64,000 bases of DNA from Hypanus sabinus (Eukaryota): NCBI RefSeq assembly GCF_030144855.1, contig NC_082733.1:15996001-16060000 (forward strand), in the 5' to 3' direction. Below the pieces are notes generated by a model that was not told the DNA's origin, searched no databases, and was given only the letters and a program-made list of their open reading frames with translations. Below, piece after piece: positions 1-13,399 of the stretch (position 1 is the stretch's first letter; every line of letters begins with the position of its first letter). The position numbers and the translations under genes were made by a program.

Positions 1-792
1 AATGGAGGGATATGGATGAAACACAACAGGATGACTTTTAGTATAGTTTGATATCAAGATCAGCAGAAAATTGGGGGTTGAATGGCCTGGTAGGTACTAT
101 ACTGATCTATGCAGGATAGCTATTTGAATCTTGATTTATGCAATATTCTCTGTATACCACTTTCCTGTTCCATCTTTTAATGTGATGTGCATAGTGATTT
201 TTAATATATTTTGTGGTTTTGTTTGACCATCCCAAAGAACTTGACATCAGCATTGTCAAATGAAATGTGTTATGTGTCAAGTGAATATTAGGGCGAATGG
301 CCCAATGGCTTTGATGCAAAACTTATTGGAGATAAGTTTAATATCCATCAAGTAACTTGTACAAGGAGCCTGTTATATTTACCAAGGTTGTTATGTCATT
401 GGAAAAAATATTTGGAAAGGTTTGCAGATTTCTTCCAAGAAAAGCAAATGTTTGTAAAGTTAAGTCCCAGCTATGTAAAAGTTTTGCTTAATTTGATGTC
501 TGAGAGAAAGCTATTATGGCATATGAATGAATTGCTCAAGGCCAAAGTTAAATTTAAGAAGAACTATTATATTAGATATTTGCAGTGATGGGCAGTTACC
601 AAATGAGGTAAGCCTCCAGTCCATTTTAAAATATGAAACAGAAAAATTCCTTTAGGATAAATTTTATAAAATGTTGAAATATTCACAATAGCATCTTGAG
701 GGACCCCCATCAGTTTTTTTCATTTTCTGAAAACTGCATGAGTTTTGGCTGAGGTACCCTTTCTACTACTAACACTAATATTGATTTCACAG

Positions 793-906
793 GAGATGTC
801 TACACGGACTATTGTACAATTACCAGGACCACTGGAAGGTAAATCTAGGGATGAAGAGTATGAAGGTCCTGCTGAGGGCAGAAGTCATCTTGAATATAGT
901 CCAATG
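793..906 (+). CDS. lmnl3: Lamin (lamin L3/LIII-like) penultimate coding exon, tail segment after the Ig fold: EMSTRTIVQLPGPLEGKSRDEEYEGPAEGRSHLEYSPM
   Basis: Branch-like ctaat plus acceptor ttgatttcacAG|GAG at 792/793 and donor ATG|GTATGA at 906/907. 114 nt, open, phase 0-0. Begins E-x-x-x-R followed by an acidic patch, as lamin exon 10 does. Splices in frame to the CaaX exon at 15176. Upstream exons lie outside the window. Confidence 0.65.
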
Positions 907-3659
907 GTATGAATGCACAGTCCTGCTACTTATCTGTTGGGCAAATTGAAAATCTAAATGGTGCTAATGATCTATCTCTATTCAAAGCAACATAGTGAGA
1001 ACAAAAATTGGGACTGTTTAATAAAGGATTAGTGCTGTAAGCGGCTGGTTAATGGTAGGTGAGGACTTAATGGGCTAAGAGTCCTGTTTCCTTCTTGTTG
1101 TACCTAAGACTCTTCAAGGTTACCTCTTCTTTCTCAAGTTCTCTGCTACCTTCTGCAAAGAGAACAAACGAGTGAATACAGGCATGGGATGGAGTGAAAA
1201 CCAGTGCAGTTGTGACTCAGGCAGAGCCATGCAAAAAGGTGAAGCTGAATCTTCATTGGTACCAGGATAGCTGAGGATGTGTGGAGATCAAATAGCAGAG
1301 AGGAAAGAGAGTACATACGTTGTTATCTGATGAGTTACATGTAACTTGTCAGAGTCAAAATCTCATCACAACGTCATTCTGTACCAAGAACCACTCAACT
1401 TTCCTATGTGTCTGCCGGTACTCACACCAACTGTGAGGTGACCCCTCATTTCTTCCATCAGCAGGGAACCTGAGGGCCTTGAAGATCTCTGCAGCTCCTG
1501 GCAATTGTGGGCTCTGTAATCTTTGATAAACCATCAAATATCCTGTTTGGAAAGTCTCTCTAACTAATGGAGTGAGTTGATTCTGATTTGAACAACATTG
1601 TGATTGATGAGCCCAGATATTAATTAAGGAAGCTATAAATAGTAACCAAGTGATTTGGATAAAGCAATGCTCAGAAGCACATGCCGAACAATTTTGATTC
1701 TGCTCTCCATTTAGTGTCCGCCCCTCTCCATCCCAGTCTTTTCTCCTGTCACAATGGTAAATTAATATCTAAGCCAAAGATTTAAAAGTCAGAGTACAAT
1801 TTTCCACCTTATTGTCTATTCATGCAGTGACAATCTAATTATGTTCAGAATTTTGAATTGGTAATTTTGTTCGATTCCAAGTGCCACAGACATATTTCAT
1901 AAAGTCTCAGCATGAACAAATATTCTCATCGTTGGGTTCTTTAGGACGATTGGATCCATGCATATCAAGAAGCAGGATATCAATAGAGATCCTGCAGAAC
2001 TTCGCAGAGTATGCTGGAACCAATCTCGCAAGGCCTTTCTGTCAACCCTATTCAAATCAGCAGACTCAGCAAGAGAGCTCAGCAGCTGAGCTTTGCGCAT
2101 GGTGTAAGTTGTGCCAGATTTAATCTAAAATTCATAAAACGTTAAGAATTTTTTTTGTGAAACAACAGTTGATCTGTGAAAGCGAAGTGTGGAGGAGGGT
2201 TGCTGGTGAAAGTCATTTTCACTCTCTGGATCTCTTGCTCCTCAGCCTATGCTTTTTGGCTTGAAAGTAACATTCTCACCTTTGGATCAGAAGGTAAGTG
2301 ACATGTGAATCATGCCAGCAGTGATTAAACGAGGAAAGTGGTCTAGTATATGCATACATTCTAATTTATTTCTGGCATTGCTGCTGCGGCTGCAATTACT
2401 GGTGGAAATAATACAAATGGAAGACATGGTTACATAATGAGTAAAGCTAACTAATAACAAATGATGGATTCGTGTTGCATGATGTCCTGTTCACCAGTTG
2501 TATAAACATCCCATTCAACAGATTCTGCCACAATTTTATGTTTAGACTATGATTTAGGTGAAGGAGTTTATTCAGAAATCTGATTTCATTTTGTAATAGT
2601 TTATATAACATGGCCCATTTCTTCCCCCTTCTGAGGACAAGAGCAATGTTTTTTTGAGTCCTTTCTCCTTCAGTTCTAGTTTTGATGATTTTGGAAAAGA
2701 ACAGTCTGTTATTCTGGCATTGTCTTATTCAATCCCTGCATGTTTGCCAGCTGTTCGGGGATCTGGACTCCAGCAAGTCCCTATTATGTCTTCCAACTGA
2801 TGGAAGTATTATATCATGGAATTCCAGATCCTGAAGGAAAAATTAGTTTTTTATTCAGATGAATGATGATAAGTTGACTTGTGTTAGTAATATTTTGAGA
2901 TTGAGATAAGTTTTATTACCATTGCTCTTAAAACATTCTTTCCAGGATCTTAGAACTCCTCCTCACTTACCTTCTTTCCATTGATTCTTCTATTCCATTC
3001 TGGTTGTCCTTCTTCCTTGCTGAGTATTGATCCTCTTCCCTCATAGTGGGACTGTGTTGATTCAGGTTTGTCAGACGCCCTGTGTTTTCAGTGGACATGT
3101 TAGAGATTTAGTACAGACTTGTAAAGATATTTTGTCATTATTTAAAAATGTTGTGGGATGTTTACCTGGTCTCTTTGCCAACATTCCTCCAGAGTGAACA
3201 TTATTGAAATTATACCTGCACATTTCTCATTGTTGTTTCTGAAGTCTTAACTTTGCGCATATTGGCTTCAGTCATGGCCTGTATTACAACATTTTAAAAG
3301 TATTTCCTTGGGTTTTAAGCACTTGTGAAATCTTGAATGTGTGAAAAGTATAACTTAATTCAAATTAAAACTTGTGTTACCCTTATATTCTTCGTACTGC
3401 TCCTCATTTTGAGATTTTTATTCAACAAAATATCTTTACATTTTTAAAAAAACAGACCTTCCATTAGTAGACTCTCTCTGGCAAAGGAGGAGACCATTCA
3501 TCCCATTGAGTCCATGGCATTTTCTGCTAGCACAATCCCATTGTTCCCCATAGCCTTGCAAGTTGCTCTAATTCAAATCATTAGTTCAAATAGTTCATTC
3601 CCTGTCAAGCAAATCCCAATTCTGACAGCAGTCTAATTTAAAATAAAGCTTTTCCTCAC

Positions 3660-3945
3660 CTCCCACTGGATTCCTTCCTCCTTCTCATTCTCCTCTGGGT
3701 CCACACTCCTCACCTATCAGATTTCTTCTTCTCCAGCTCTTTATCTTTCCAACCTACCTGGCTTCATCTGCTACCTTCGAGCTATCTTTCTTCCACTCCT
3801 CCCACCTTTTTTATTTTGGTGTCTTCCCCTTCCTTTTCTGTCTTAAGAAAAAGTCTCAGCCCATGACTTTGGCTATCTATTCATTTCCATAGGTGCTGCT
3901 TGATCTGCTGAGTTCCTGCAACATTTTGGGTGTGTTGCTTAAGAT
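3660..3945 (+). mobile_element. Penelope-like element terminal fragment
   Basis: CT-rich tract followed by ...tgctgc-tga-ctgctgagttcct..ca-catttt, the block that recurs at 29400, 30940, 54450 and 56820, in places downstream of GIY-YIG-like sequence. Confidence 0.55.
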
Positions 3946-4224
3946 TTTCTTCATCCCTTCTTGACTTCCCTGCCCAAATGTTTAATCTGCATTGCGTGCT
4001 CTTTGAATCACCTGCTAATGCAAACATGTTTCCTGCATTTTCCTACCAAAATAAGTAATGAAATTGCTGACCTCTGTAATATCTCCTCCCTAACATTTCT
4101 CCAAAGCAAGGAGCCTCAACTACTTCTCCAGTCTAACTTTTTAGCTAAAGTCCCTCATCCCTGACATAATTTAGGTAATTCTTGTATTCTTTAAAACTTT
4201 TTTTTTCCTGTCCTTAAGATATCC

Positions 4225-4320
4225 AATCACAAACAAGAGAAATTCTGCAGATGCTGGAAATCCTAGCAACACGCAAAATGCTGGAGGAACTCAGCAGGCC
4301 AGGCAACATCTATGGAAAAG
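4225..4320 (-). mobile_element. Penelope-like terminal fragment, inverted
   Basis: tctgcagatgctggaaatc...aaatgctggaggaactcagcaggccaggc is the reverse complement of the same recurring block. Confidence 0.55.
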
Positions 4321-4439
4321 ATTTTGAGTATATAGAGAAGTAAAGGCAAGGAGTTAAACATCATGGTCAGTGTTGCACTCTTGGTGTAGGTAAAAGAAAG
4401 GGATGTAGTCTTGTTGTACTGGAGCTTTGAAAGATGTTA

Positions 4440-7400
4440 ACTTCCAGGACCTCAAAGGCAGTGAATTTTACTGCCCACTGCCAAAGACTGATAAATATAG
4501 AAATGGGAGGAAAGAGCAAGTAGATGCTTTGCTAGAGAAATGGTGCAGGAGACAGGGTTTTAGAGCTGTTCAGGGGGCCAGTGGAACCTGTATATATTGA
4601 ATATGTTGCATCTCACTATGGACAAGATCAATATCCTTTAGTGGAGGGTCACAAGCTCTAGTGAGGATGGTTTAAACCATAATATATGGCAGGGCCATGG
4701 AAATCTCAAAGGAAATCCAGGAAGAATAAAACAAAACAGGAAGTGGATTCAAGAAAATAAATCCTCAAAATAAACAAACAACAGAAACAAAGGCAGGCAG
4801 CAAATGAGATAATAGTGCGAAAAAAATGCTAAACTCGCAATACTTGCAGAATACATAACAAGCTAGCTAAATTACTGGCACCAATTAGAACTGAATGGTA
4901 TTATCTAATTGCCGTTACAGAAATGTGTTTCAGAATAACCAAGGCTGGGATCTGAATGTTTAAAAGTAGGTAATGTTTAGAAAGAAAAGGAAAAGAGAAT
5001 GCTTAGGATTATTAATAAGAGAGGAGGTCAATGCAGTGGTAAGAAGTGATCTACTTTAGAAAAACCATAATATAGAATTAAATCGATTTGGAGCAAACTT
5101 AGAAATGGCAACAGGACATTCTTAAAGGGGCTTAAAGGCTATCAAATAGTAGTTCTACTGTTAGGTATGGCATAAGTAAAGAAATTAGGAGTGCAATTAC
5201 ATGCGAAATGGACAATATGATATCATGGAGCACTTTACTTATGGACTGAACAAGTCAGATTAAGAGGTAGTGGATAAACTCATGGTATGTAGATCTTTAA
5301 AAATTCTTATATAGAGAGTAATCAACCAGGCAAAAGGTTATATTAGAACTTCTTTTGTGCAATAAGAAAGGATTAATTGTTGATCCAAAGGAAAAAGGGG
5401 CCATCATAAAACAGTTATGAAAACCATAAGATTTAGGAGCTGAATCAGGCCATTTAACCCATGGCTGATCCTTTCCTTCCATCCTCAGCTGCACTCCTCA
5501 GCCTTCTCTCTGTAACCGTTGATGACATGTCCAATTAGGAACCTATCAATGTCTTCCTTAAATACACCCAATGTCCTGGCCTGCACAGCTGCCTGTGGTA
5601 ACAAATACCACAAATTCAGCACCAGCTGGCTAAATAAATATCTCCACATCTCTATTTTAAATGGATGATGGACACCCCTCTATCCTGAGGCTGTGCCCTC
5701 TTGTCCTAGACTCTCCCACCATGGGAAACATCCTTTCCACATCTACTTTGTCAAGGCCTTTCAACATTCGAAAAGATTCAATGAGATTCCCCCCCATCCT
5801 TCTAATTCCAGCAAGTAAAGGCCCAGAACCATCAAACAGTCCTCTGATAATGAACCTTTCATACCTGGAACCATCCTTGTGATGCACTTCTGGACCCTCT
5901 CCAATGCCAGCACAACTTCTCTTAGATAAGGAGCCCAAAGCTGTTCACAATACTCAAGGCAAGAGCCCACCAGTGCCTTATAAAGCCTCAGCATCATATC
6001 ACTGCCCTTGTATTCTAGACGTCTTAAAATGAATGCTAACATTGCACCAAGTCTACCTGCAAGTTAACCTTCAGGATGTTGTATACAAGGTCTCCTAAGA
6101 CCCTTTGCATCTCAGATTTTTAAAATTTTCTCCCCATCTAGGAAATAGCACGCATATTTATTTCTTCTATCAAAGTGCAAGACCATACATTTTTCAACAT
6201 TGTATTTCATTTGCCACTTTCTTCCCAATTCTCCTAAGCTGTCTAAGTCCTTCTGCAGCCCACCTGTTTCCTTAACACCACCTGCCCCTTCACAACTCTT
6301 CATATCATCTGAAAACTTGGCAACAAAACTATCTATTCCGTCATCTAAATCATTGATATACGGTATAAAAAGAAGCATTCCCAACAACACTAGTCACTGA
6401 CAGCCAACCAGAAAAGGACCCTTTTATTCCCACTTGCTGCCTCCTACCAATCAGCCAATGATCTAACCATGCCAGTAATTTTTCTGTACTACCATGGGCT
6501 CTTAACTTGGTAAGGAGACTCATGTGTGGCACCTTGTCAATGGCCTTCTGAAAATTCAAATATACAACTTCCCCTTTATCTATCCTACTTGTAATCTCCT
6601 CAAAGAATTTGAACAGGTTTGTCAGGCAAGATTTTCCTTTAAGGAAACCATGCTAACTTTGTCCTACCTTGTCCTGTGTCACCAAGTTCTCCATAACGTC
6701 ATCCTTAACAATCGACTCCAACATCTTTCCAATCATTGAGGTCAGGCTAACTGGTCTATAATTTTCCTTTCTGTTGCCTCCCTCCTTTCTTAAATTTGCA
6801 ATTTTCCAGTCCTCCAGAACCATGCCAGAGTCCAATGACTTTTGAAAGATCATTAATACCTTCTCTAGGGTACAGTTCATCTAGTCTGGGTGACTTAAGT
6901 ACCTGTATACATTTCAGCTTTTTGAGCACCTTCTCCCTTGTAATAGTAACTGAATTCACTTCTCTTCCCTCACACTCTTCAACACCTGGCACACTGCTGG
7001 TGTCTTCCACAGTGGAGACTGATGCAAGATATTCATTTACTTCATCTATCATCTTTTTGTCCCCTATTAGTACTTCTCCGGCCTCATTTTCTAGTTGTCC
7101 TATATCCACTCTCACCTTTCTTTTATTTTTTTATATACCTGAAAAATTCTTTTCTATCTACCTTGATATTGTTTGCTAGTTTGCTTTCATATTTCATCTG
7201 CTCTCTCCTGATGATTCTTTTAGCTGTTTTCTGTATGTTTTTAAAAGCTTCCCAATGGTCTACTTTCAATTTGTTGTATGCCCTGTCTTTTGTTTTTACA
7301 TGAGCTTTGACCTCACTTGTCAGCCACAGTTATGCTATTTTACCATTTGAGTATTTCTTTGTTTTTTGGAATACATCTGTCCTGCATCTTTCTCATTTCC

Positions 7401-9760
7401 CCAGAAACTCAAGCCATTGCAGCTCTGCTGTCATCCCTGCCAGCATCTCTTTCCAATTTACTTTGGCCAACTCCTCTCTCATACCACTGTAGTTTCCTTT
7501 ATTCCACTGAAATACAACTACATCAGACTTTACTTTATCCCTATCAAATTTCAAGTTGAACTCAGTCATATTGTGATCACTTGTCTCCTAAAGGTTCCTT
7601 TGTCTTAAGCTCCCTAATCACCTCTGGTTCATTACATAACACCTAATTGAGTGTAACTGATCTTGTAATAGGCTCAACAACAAACTGCTCTAAAAAGGCA
7701 TCGCGTAGACAGGCATTCAACAAATACACTCTCTAGAGATCCATTACCAACCTGATTTTCCCAATCCATGTGCATGTTAAAATCTACCATAACATCATAA
7801 CATTTCCCTTTTGACAGCCTTTTCTATTTCCCGTTGTAATCTGTAGTCCACATCTCAGCTAGTGTTGGGAGGCCTGTATATAACTGCCATTGGGGTCCTT
7901 TCACCCTTGCAGTTTTGAAAGTCAACCCACAAGGATTCAACATCTTACGATCCTATGTCACATCTTTCTATTGATTTGATGCCTTTCTTTACCGGCAGAG
8001 CCACTCCACCCCCTCTGCCTACCTTCCTATCTGTCCAATACAATGTGTAACCTTGGATAATCAGCTCCCAACTATAACCATCCTTCAACCATGATTCAGT
8101 GATGGCCCCAACATCATACCCGGCAATCTGTAAAAGTGCATCAAGATCATTCGCCTTATTTCTTATACTCAATGCATTTAGATACAACACATGGAGTACT
8201 GTATTTGCTACCCCTTTTGATTCTGCCTCTGTAACACACTGATACTCGGCCTGCTGTCTGCAATTATGTCCTATCATTTGTCTGCCCTTCCTGACAGTCT
8301 GACTGCATGCTTTCTTTACTCTTTTACCATCTGTCGTATCCTGAGTTCCTTCACTCCGGTTCCCATCTCCCTGCCAAATTAGTTTAAACCCTCCACAACT
8401 GCTCTAACAAACCTGTCTGCAAGAATATTGGTTCCCTCCCCCCCCAGGTTCAACTGCAACCCACCCCTTTTTGTAGTCATACCTCCCCAAGAAGAGTGAA
8501 ACAAGAACCTGAAGCCCTGCCCCCTGCATTAGCTCCTCAGCCACACATTTACCTGCCAAATCATCTTGTTTCTACCCTCATTGGTGCATGGCACAAGTAG
8601 CAATCCAGAAATGAATACACTGGAGGTTCTGCGTTGCAACTTTCTGCGTGACTCTCTAAATTCTCTCTCCAGGACCTCTTTGCTCTTCCTTCCAATGTCA
8701 CTGGTGCCAATATATGTACCATTGTGGCTCATTCTAAAACTGAAGTCTTCATCCACAATAAAGGGAACTGTGTTGGTATGGATGAAGAGTTGGTGGTGGG
8801 TGATGGGGAAGATGTATTGAATTGCATGGCAGTCCATAGCCAATGGCAAGCATTTAAAAGAAATAATGCATGGTGGCAAAGCAAAATTCTACAAATTAAT
8901 TGAAGGTGATGTTAAAAGAAAGGAGGAAGCTTACAGAATTGCCTAAAATTATTGTAATTCTGAGTAACAGGACGATTTCAGAATTCAGCAAAGAACCCAG
9001 AATTTGACCTAATCAGAGGTCCAGGTAGAATATGAGAGTTGAGTAGCAAGTAGCTTAAAAATGAACTGTTAGAACTTGTATAGCAATATAAAAAGGACAG
9101 TACTAGTGAGAGCAAATGTGGGCTCTTCACAGAAGAATCAGGAAATGGCAAATAAATTAAATGGTAATCTTACTACAAAAAAAAGCACTGCCATAAATAG
9201 TTATCCATCTAGAAGATGCAGGTTAAGAGACTGAAGGAAATGAGTAGTAATTGAAAAATGATACTGCAGATGTTAGTGGGGTTGAAAGCCAACATATCCC
9301 AGAGTTGAGATTGTGGATGCGTGGGTTGTTCCAAAATTCTCTAAATTTTGGAATTGTGTCTGTGGTTTGGAGGTTAGCAAATGTCACCCCATTACTTATG
9401 AAAGGAAGGAGAGGGGAATATTCTGAGAACCACAGTTCTGTTCAGCTATTGTCATTAGTGGGGAGAATGTTGGAATATATAATAAAGGCTGTCATAACAG
9501 TATATAGGGATAACAGGATTGAGCGAAGCCAGCATCGATTTATTTGTCTAATCCATTGAACTTCTTTAAAGGCCTTACTGCTGGGATAGATTCAAGGAAA
9601 CTGGTGCTACTCAGAAAGCTTAGTTAATGAGCTTAGAACAGAGTGGGGTATTAGGAATAGTATGCAAACACATTGAGAATTAGTTGTGTACAGAAATCTA
9701 GAGATGGAAATAAATATGTTCTTCTCAGGTGTGTATTGCAGGCATTTGAGATTGTTATTG
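4440..9760 (+). mobile_element. Old CR1 LINE (ORF1 end, endonuclease, partial RT), split into about 4440-5420 and 8720-9760 by a younger CR1
   Basis: Degenerate CR1 ORF2 motifs on both sides, e.g. WRLANVTPL...LLSLVGRMLEYII...SQH in ORF 9251-9559. Confidence 0.7.
5423..8720 (-). mobile_element. CR1 LINE, about 3.3 kb, 5'-truncated in ORF1, decayed
   Basis: ORF1 esterase-like (YIGTSDIG...), APE (LYLNALSIRNK, AITESWL, GRGGGVAL), RT (NYRPVSLTS, FQKAIDKVPH, INDLD, KFSDD, LEYCEQLW), and 3' tail at 5423. Confidence 0.92.
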
Positions 9761-9939
9761 TCATTAGTTTGATGATTCATAAACTAGATCAACGTTTCCC
9801 AATTGTTTTTGGGTTACTGTCCCCTTGGCTCCCAGACCTTACCCCTAGCACCTCTGGCCATTACAGAAAAGCTGTAAAGAGTTTTGATCACAATGCACAG
9901 TGGGGGGAAAAAGGAAGACTGTAAGTTCAAAGCAGTGAC

Positions 9940-10733
9940 AAATTTTGGTTAATTTGGACATAATGGGACCAGTACACTTTGGCCCAATTAAGTGGCTACC
10001 CTAATCAGCTAAAGTTTCATGGAAATGGGAAGGTATATTAAAAAAAGACAAACTGCTGTTTATCTAAATAACAAATTATAATACAGAACAAATTAGAACA
10101 CCACTACAGTACTATAAAACAGTGTATTAGTTGCTAATAGTAATCCAGGGAGGAATTCATCCAGGGTATGCAGCCACGTTCTTTGATTGTAAATGAACAG
10201 AATCAGTGTGGATGCCTAGTGCAGATAACGAACTCCCTTCGGACAGTGCTGTTGACATTTGCATCCTCCAAATCTTCACTTTCATTGTAGAGTTCAAGAT
10301 GATTGTCAATACCTTCAAATTCATCATAGTGCCTAAATTGTTGATGTAGTTAAATCATTACATTTTCACTCATGGCCATTTCTGGCATCTCCGAGCCTGA
10401 ACACTTGAAACTGCAGTGAGCAAAGCAATTCTGAATTGTCTACTGCTTATTCCTCGCCAGCAATCAGTGACAAAAATCATTGCTACTTGAACACAAACAC
10501 ATGCAGCTGATGCTGTATGCACAACGTAGTGTAATGGACACACAAATGCACATGACTGACACTAGTTAGAAACTGTTTTGCAACAGTCTTTTGTCCCAAT
10601 TAAGCCACATAGTGTCCCAAATAAATGAAGGGCATCCTGGCTATTTTCTTGATTAGTTTTTGTTCTTTAAGTGTAATCACAAATAAATGGCTGCCTGATT
10701 ACTCAATGGCCCTGTTAACTGGACCCCACTGTA
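9940..10733. mobile_element. Non-autonomous Tc1/mariner (Tigger/pogo-like) DNA transposon
   Basis: Ends ...ttaactggaccccACTGTA (CAGT-type TIR plus TA); repeated gggaca/tgtccc subterminal motifs; related copy at 55385-55815. Confidence 0.6.
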
Positions 10734-11589
10734 ATTACAAAAATATTCAAATCTATTTAAAACTACAAATAGCATTTTCTTTAATTACAGTAAAAATAAT
10801 TTTCATCAACAATTTTTAGAGCTTACATCTGAAGACCAACTATTCACTACTTAATTACTTTTTCACCTTTCAATGTGGTGGATGGGCTTGGGGCAGAAAT
10901 ATCAGCTTCTCAACATCAAGCTGAATGGAATTCAAGAGTCTCAGATCTCCATGTTCAATAATTTGCAGACTATTTTATTGCTTTGAAAGAAGTTGGGTGA
11001 CTGTGCTCCATTAATTATGATGGAATGGCAATAAAGAACATTTTGTCCTTTTTCCGTAGTGAAGAATAGAATTCAAAGACTTCTTTCTGCAACCAGCTGT
11101 CTTGATATGATTATTTGAAGCACTGCTTCAGCTCAAATTCAGTTTGTAGTGAGATCAGTTCTTCCTCCATCCTTCCTGTTAATTCTTCACTATCTAATCT
11201 AGAATTTGTATTGAAAGTAGATCCTGAAATCTCTCTGACATGTCTTTATGCAGCTCACCAGGTGGGCGCAGTGTATTTGAAGATCATCTGGCATTCTCTC
11301 TTTCTCCTCCAACTCAGAAAGGCTCAAAAATTGGAAAATGTTGGCCAAAGTTGTACGTGAATAGGGTTAACTTGGACAGAAATGTGGAGACAATTAATTT
11401 GACTTTGATAAAATTCACATCATTTCCTTATATTTGAAGACTGATTTCATTAAACCTTGCGAACAATTCTGACAAATAAGCAATGTCATGCCTAGTATTC
11501 AGTTGATTACTGAATAAAACATTTGAGTCTTCTAAGAATTTTATCACCATTTTAAAAGGTCTCTCAGAAAGTTTCCTTTAGAGAGCTAT

Positions 11590-12570
11590 CTGACTTCTTT
11601 GTGCAATAGCAAGCGATCAAATTGTTCATCATCCTCAATACAACGCTCTCAAAATAGTCAAGAATTGAGAGCATGGGACTTGATTTTATTTACCACTATG
11701 ATAACAGTATTTAATTGTGCAGCAGATCTCTTAGGATTTTTATGACAAAATGTTGCCTGTGAATTACAAGGAAATAGTAAATACATACAACTTTTTTTTC
11801 CAAGAAAGTAATAACCCCGCAGTGGTGTTCTGTCATTGATGGTACCCCATCTGTTTTACAAGCAAGAATTTTGGTGACCACAATGGCCTTCTCTTTGAAA
11901 AATCACTCGACAGCCCGAAATATTGACCTCCCCTTCATATCTTTTTCTAATCCCCTTGCAAATAACAACTCCTGAACAATACCTTCATCTTTTATGAAGT
12001 GAACATAACCAAGGAGCAAAGATTCATTGTCTGGCAAAGTTACTCGTACAACTGCAGAGCAAATTCCATTGTCCTAAGTATGTTGCACAATTTGTTTTCC
12101 ACATTTTCAGAAATTTCATCTAGTCTTCTTTGAGTAGGGTTGTGGCTAGCAGAATTGCTTTAATAATTCGGTTTGGTGACTTATGCAAAATCATACTCAT
12201 AACCTCCCTTACTGCTGGCAAATTCACTTCTCTAATTGAATAGGACATTGCAGATTTAGCAATAAGCAATGAAATATTGTATAAAACCTGCAAACTATCA
12301 CTATTTTATTATGAAGTGCTGGCAAACATGCTTTGAAGTGTTTTCTGTTTCTGAGGATTTTCAAGAAGTGATTGAAATAAGCCAAGTTCTTGTTTACTTT
12401 ATCAGAGTGTGTTCTCTTCAAATGTTCAAGGAACCTGAATAGTTTCATTGCCTCAATTGGAAAAACTTTTTCACACAACAGACATATCGACTGCTGCTGG
12501 TATAAATCCAAATTTCAGATACTCCACACCATATGCTCTATCTTTTAGTTTGGTCTGCTTCTACCATGTT
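11590..12570 (-). mobile_element. hAT (Charlie/Buster-type) transposase fossil
   Basis: BED-finger-like CLLCEKVF..EAMK....EHLKRTHSDK..K.LAYF in ORF 12224-12511; downstream core is degenerate and stop-interrupted. Confidence 0.75.
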
Positions 12571-13399
12571 TGTTATGGATTAATGACCACAGTCAGTCAT
12601 CTATTGTGGTTAGATTTAAACAAGTGCTGTGATCAAAAATGGGGGCAAATTATAATGGCATCCTGGCTCAGGCAAAACCTGACTCTCGACCTGAAGGTAC
12701 ATTAAGTTGGGCAGATATTTTGGTTTACCTATGGATTAGAGAAATGTGCCCAAGACCAATTGAAAGGGCAGATTCTGAATTTTACCCCATTGAATGCTAC
12801 ACCTTAGTTAACAGGATTTGCATCACTGCATGATTAGAGTATGGGAATTGTACTAGCTTACGCTGTGCTAGTACAACAATGTGTGATTGGGCCTGGAAAT
12901 AACATGATCTCTTCAGACCGGATTTCTCATGATATGCCTGATACAGAAGTGTCACATTGCGTTTCAACAAGAATAATGTGCTTTGAGCAAAATCTAAGAG
13001 AATGGTGAGTTAGCAAGAGACAAGGTGATTCAGTGATCATTGTAATCGATTATGAGGCACTGAGGATCAATAGCTAAAATAGGTCATTTGTTTCTTAAAT
13101 TAAGCCTGTAATCCCTCAGACACTCCCCTTGTTACTGAGTGCCCCCCTACCCCTTTTTCAATTCCATAGAAACTCCCACTGCCCTCTGGGGGCATTACCA
13201 CCCACATGGTACCAAATATCACATTTCTATGTTTGCTGACAATTCCAGGGTAGGACTGTGTATGATGTAAAGCTGCTTCAGGATGAGAGACACACTGAGT
13301 TAGATTGGAAAATGACAGATAAAAAAATTTGAGGCCATCCACTTTCAGGCACAGTACACAGAAGTAAAGTAGTGTTTAGGGAATTAGAGAATTGGGTGG

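Noticed and set aside
388-588. 66-aa ORF near the lamin exon
   Set aside because: TTG start, no lamin Ig-fold motifs, no good splice boundaries; treated as a chance intronic ORF.
1340-2130. Minus-strand ORFs 1355-1537 and 1897-2100
   Set aside because: No recognisable motif or exon structure; perhaps an old TE.
10030-10072. KKKTNCCLSK* looks like a polybasic alternative CaaX exon
   Set aside because: Lies inside the Tigger-like transposon, has no acceptor, and CLSK is a poor CaaX.
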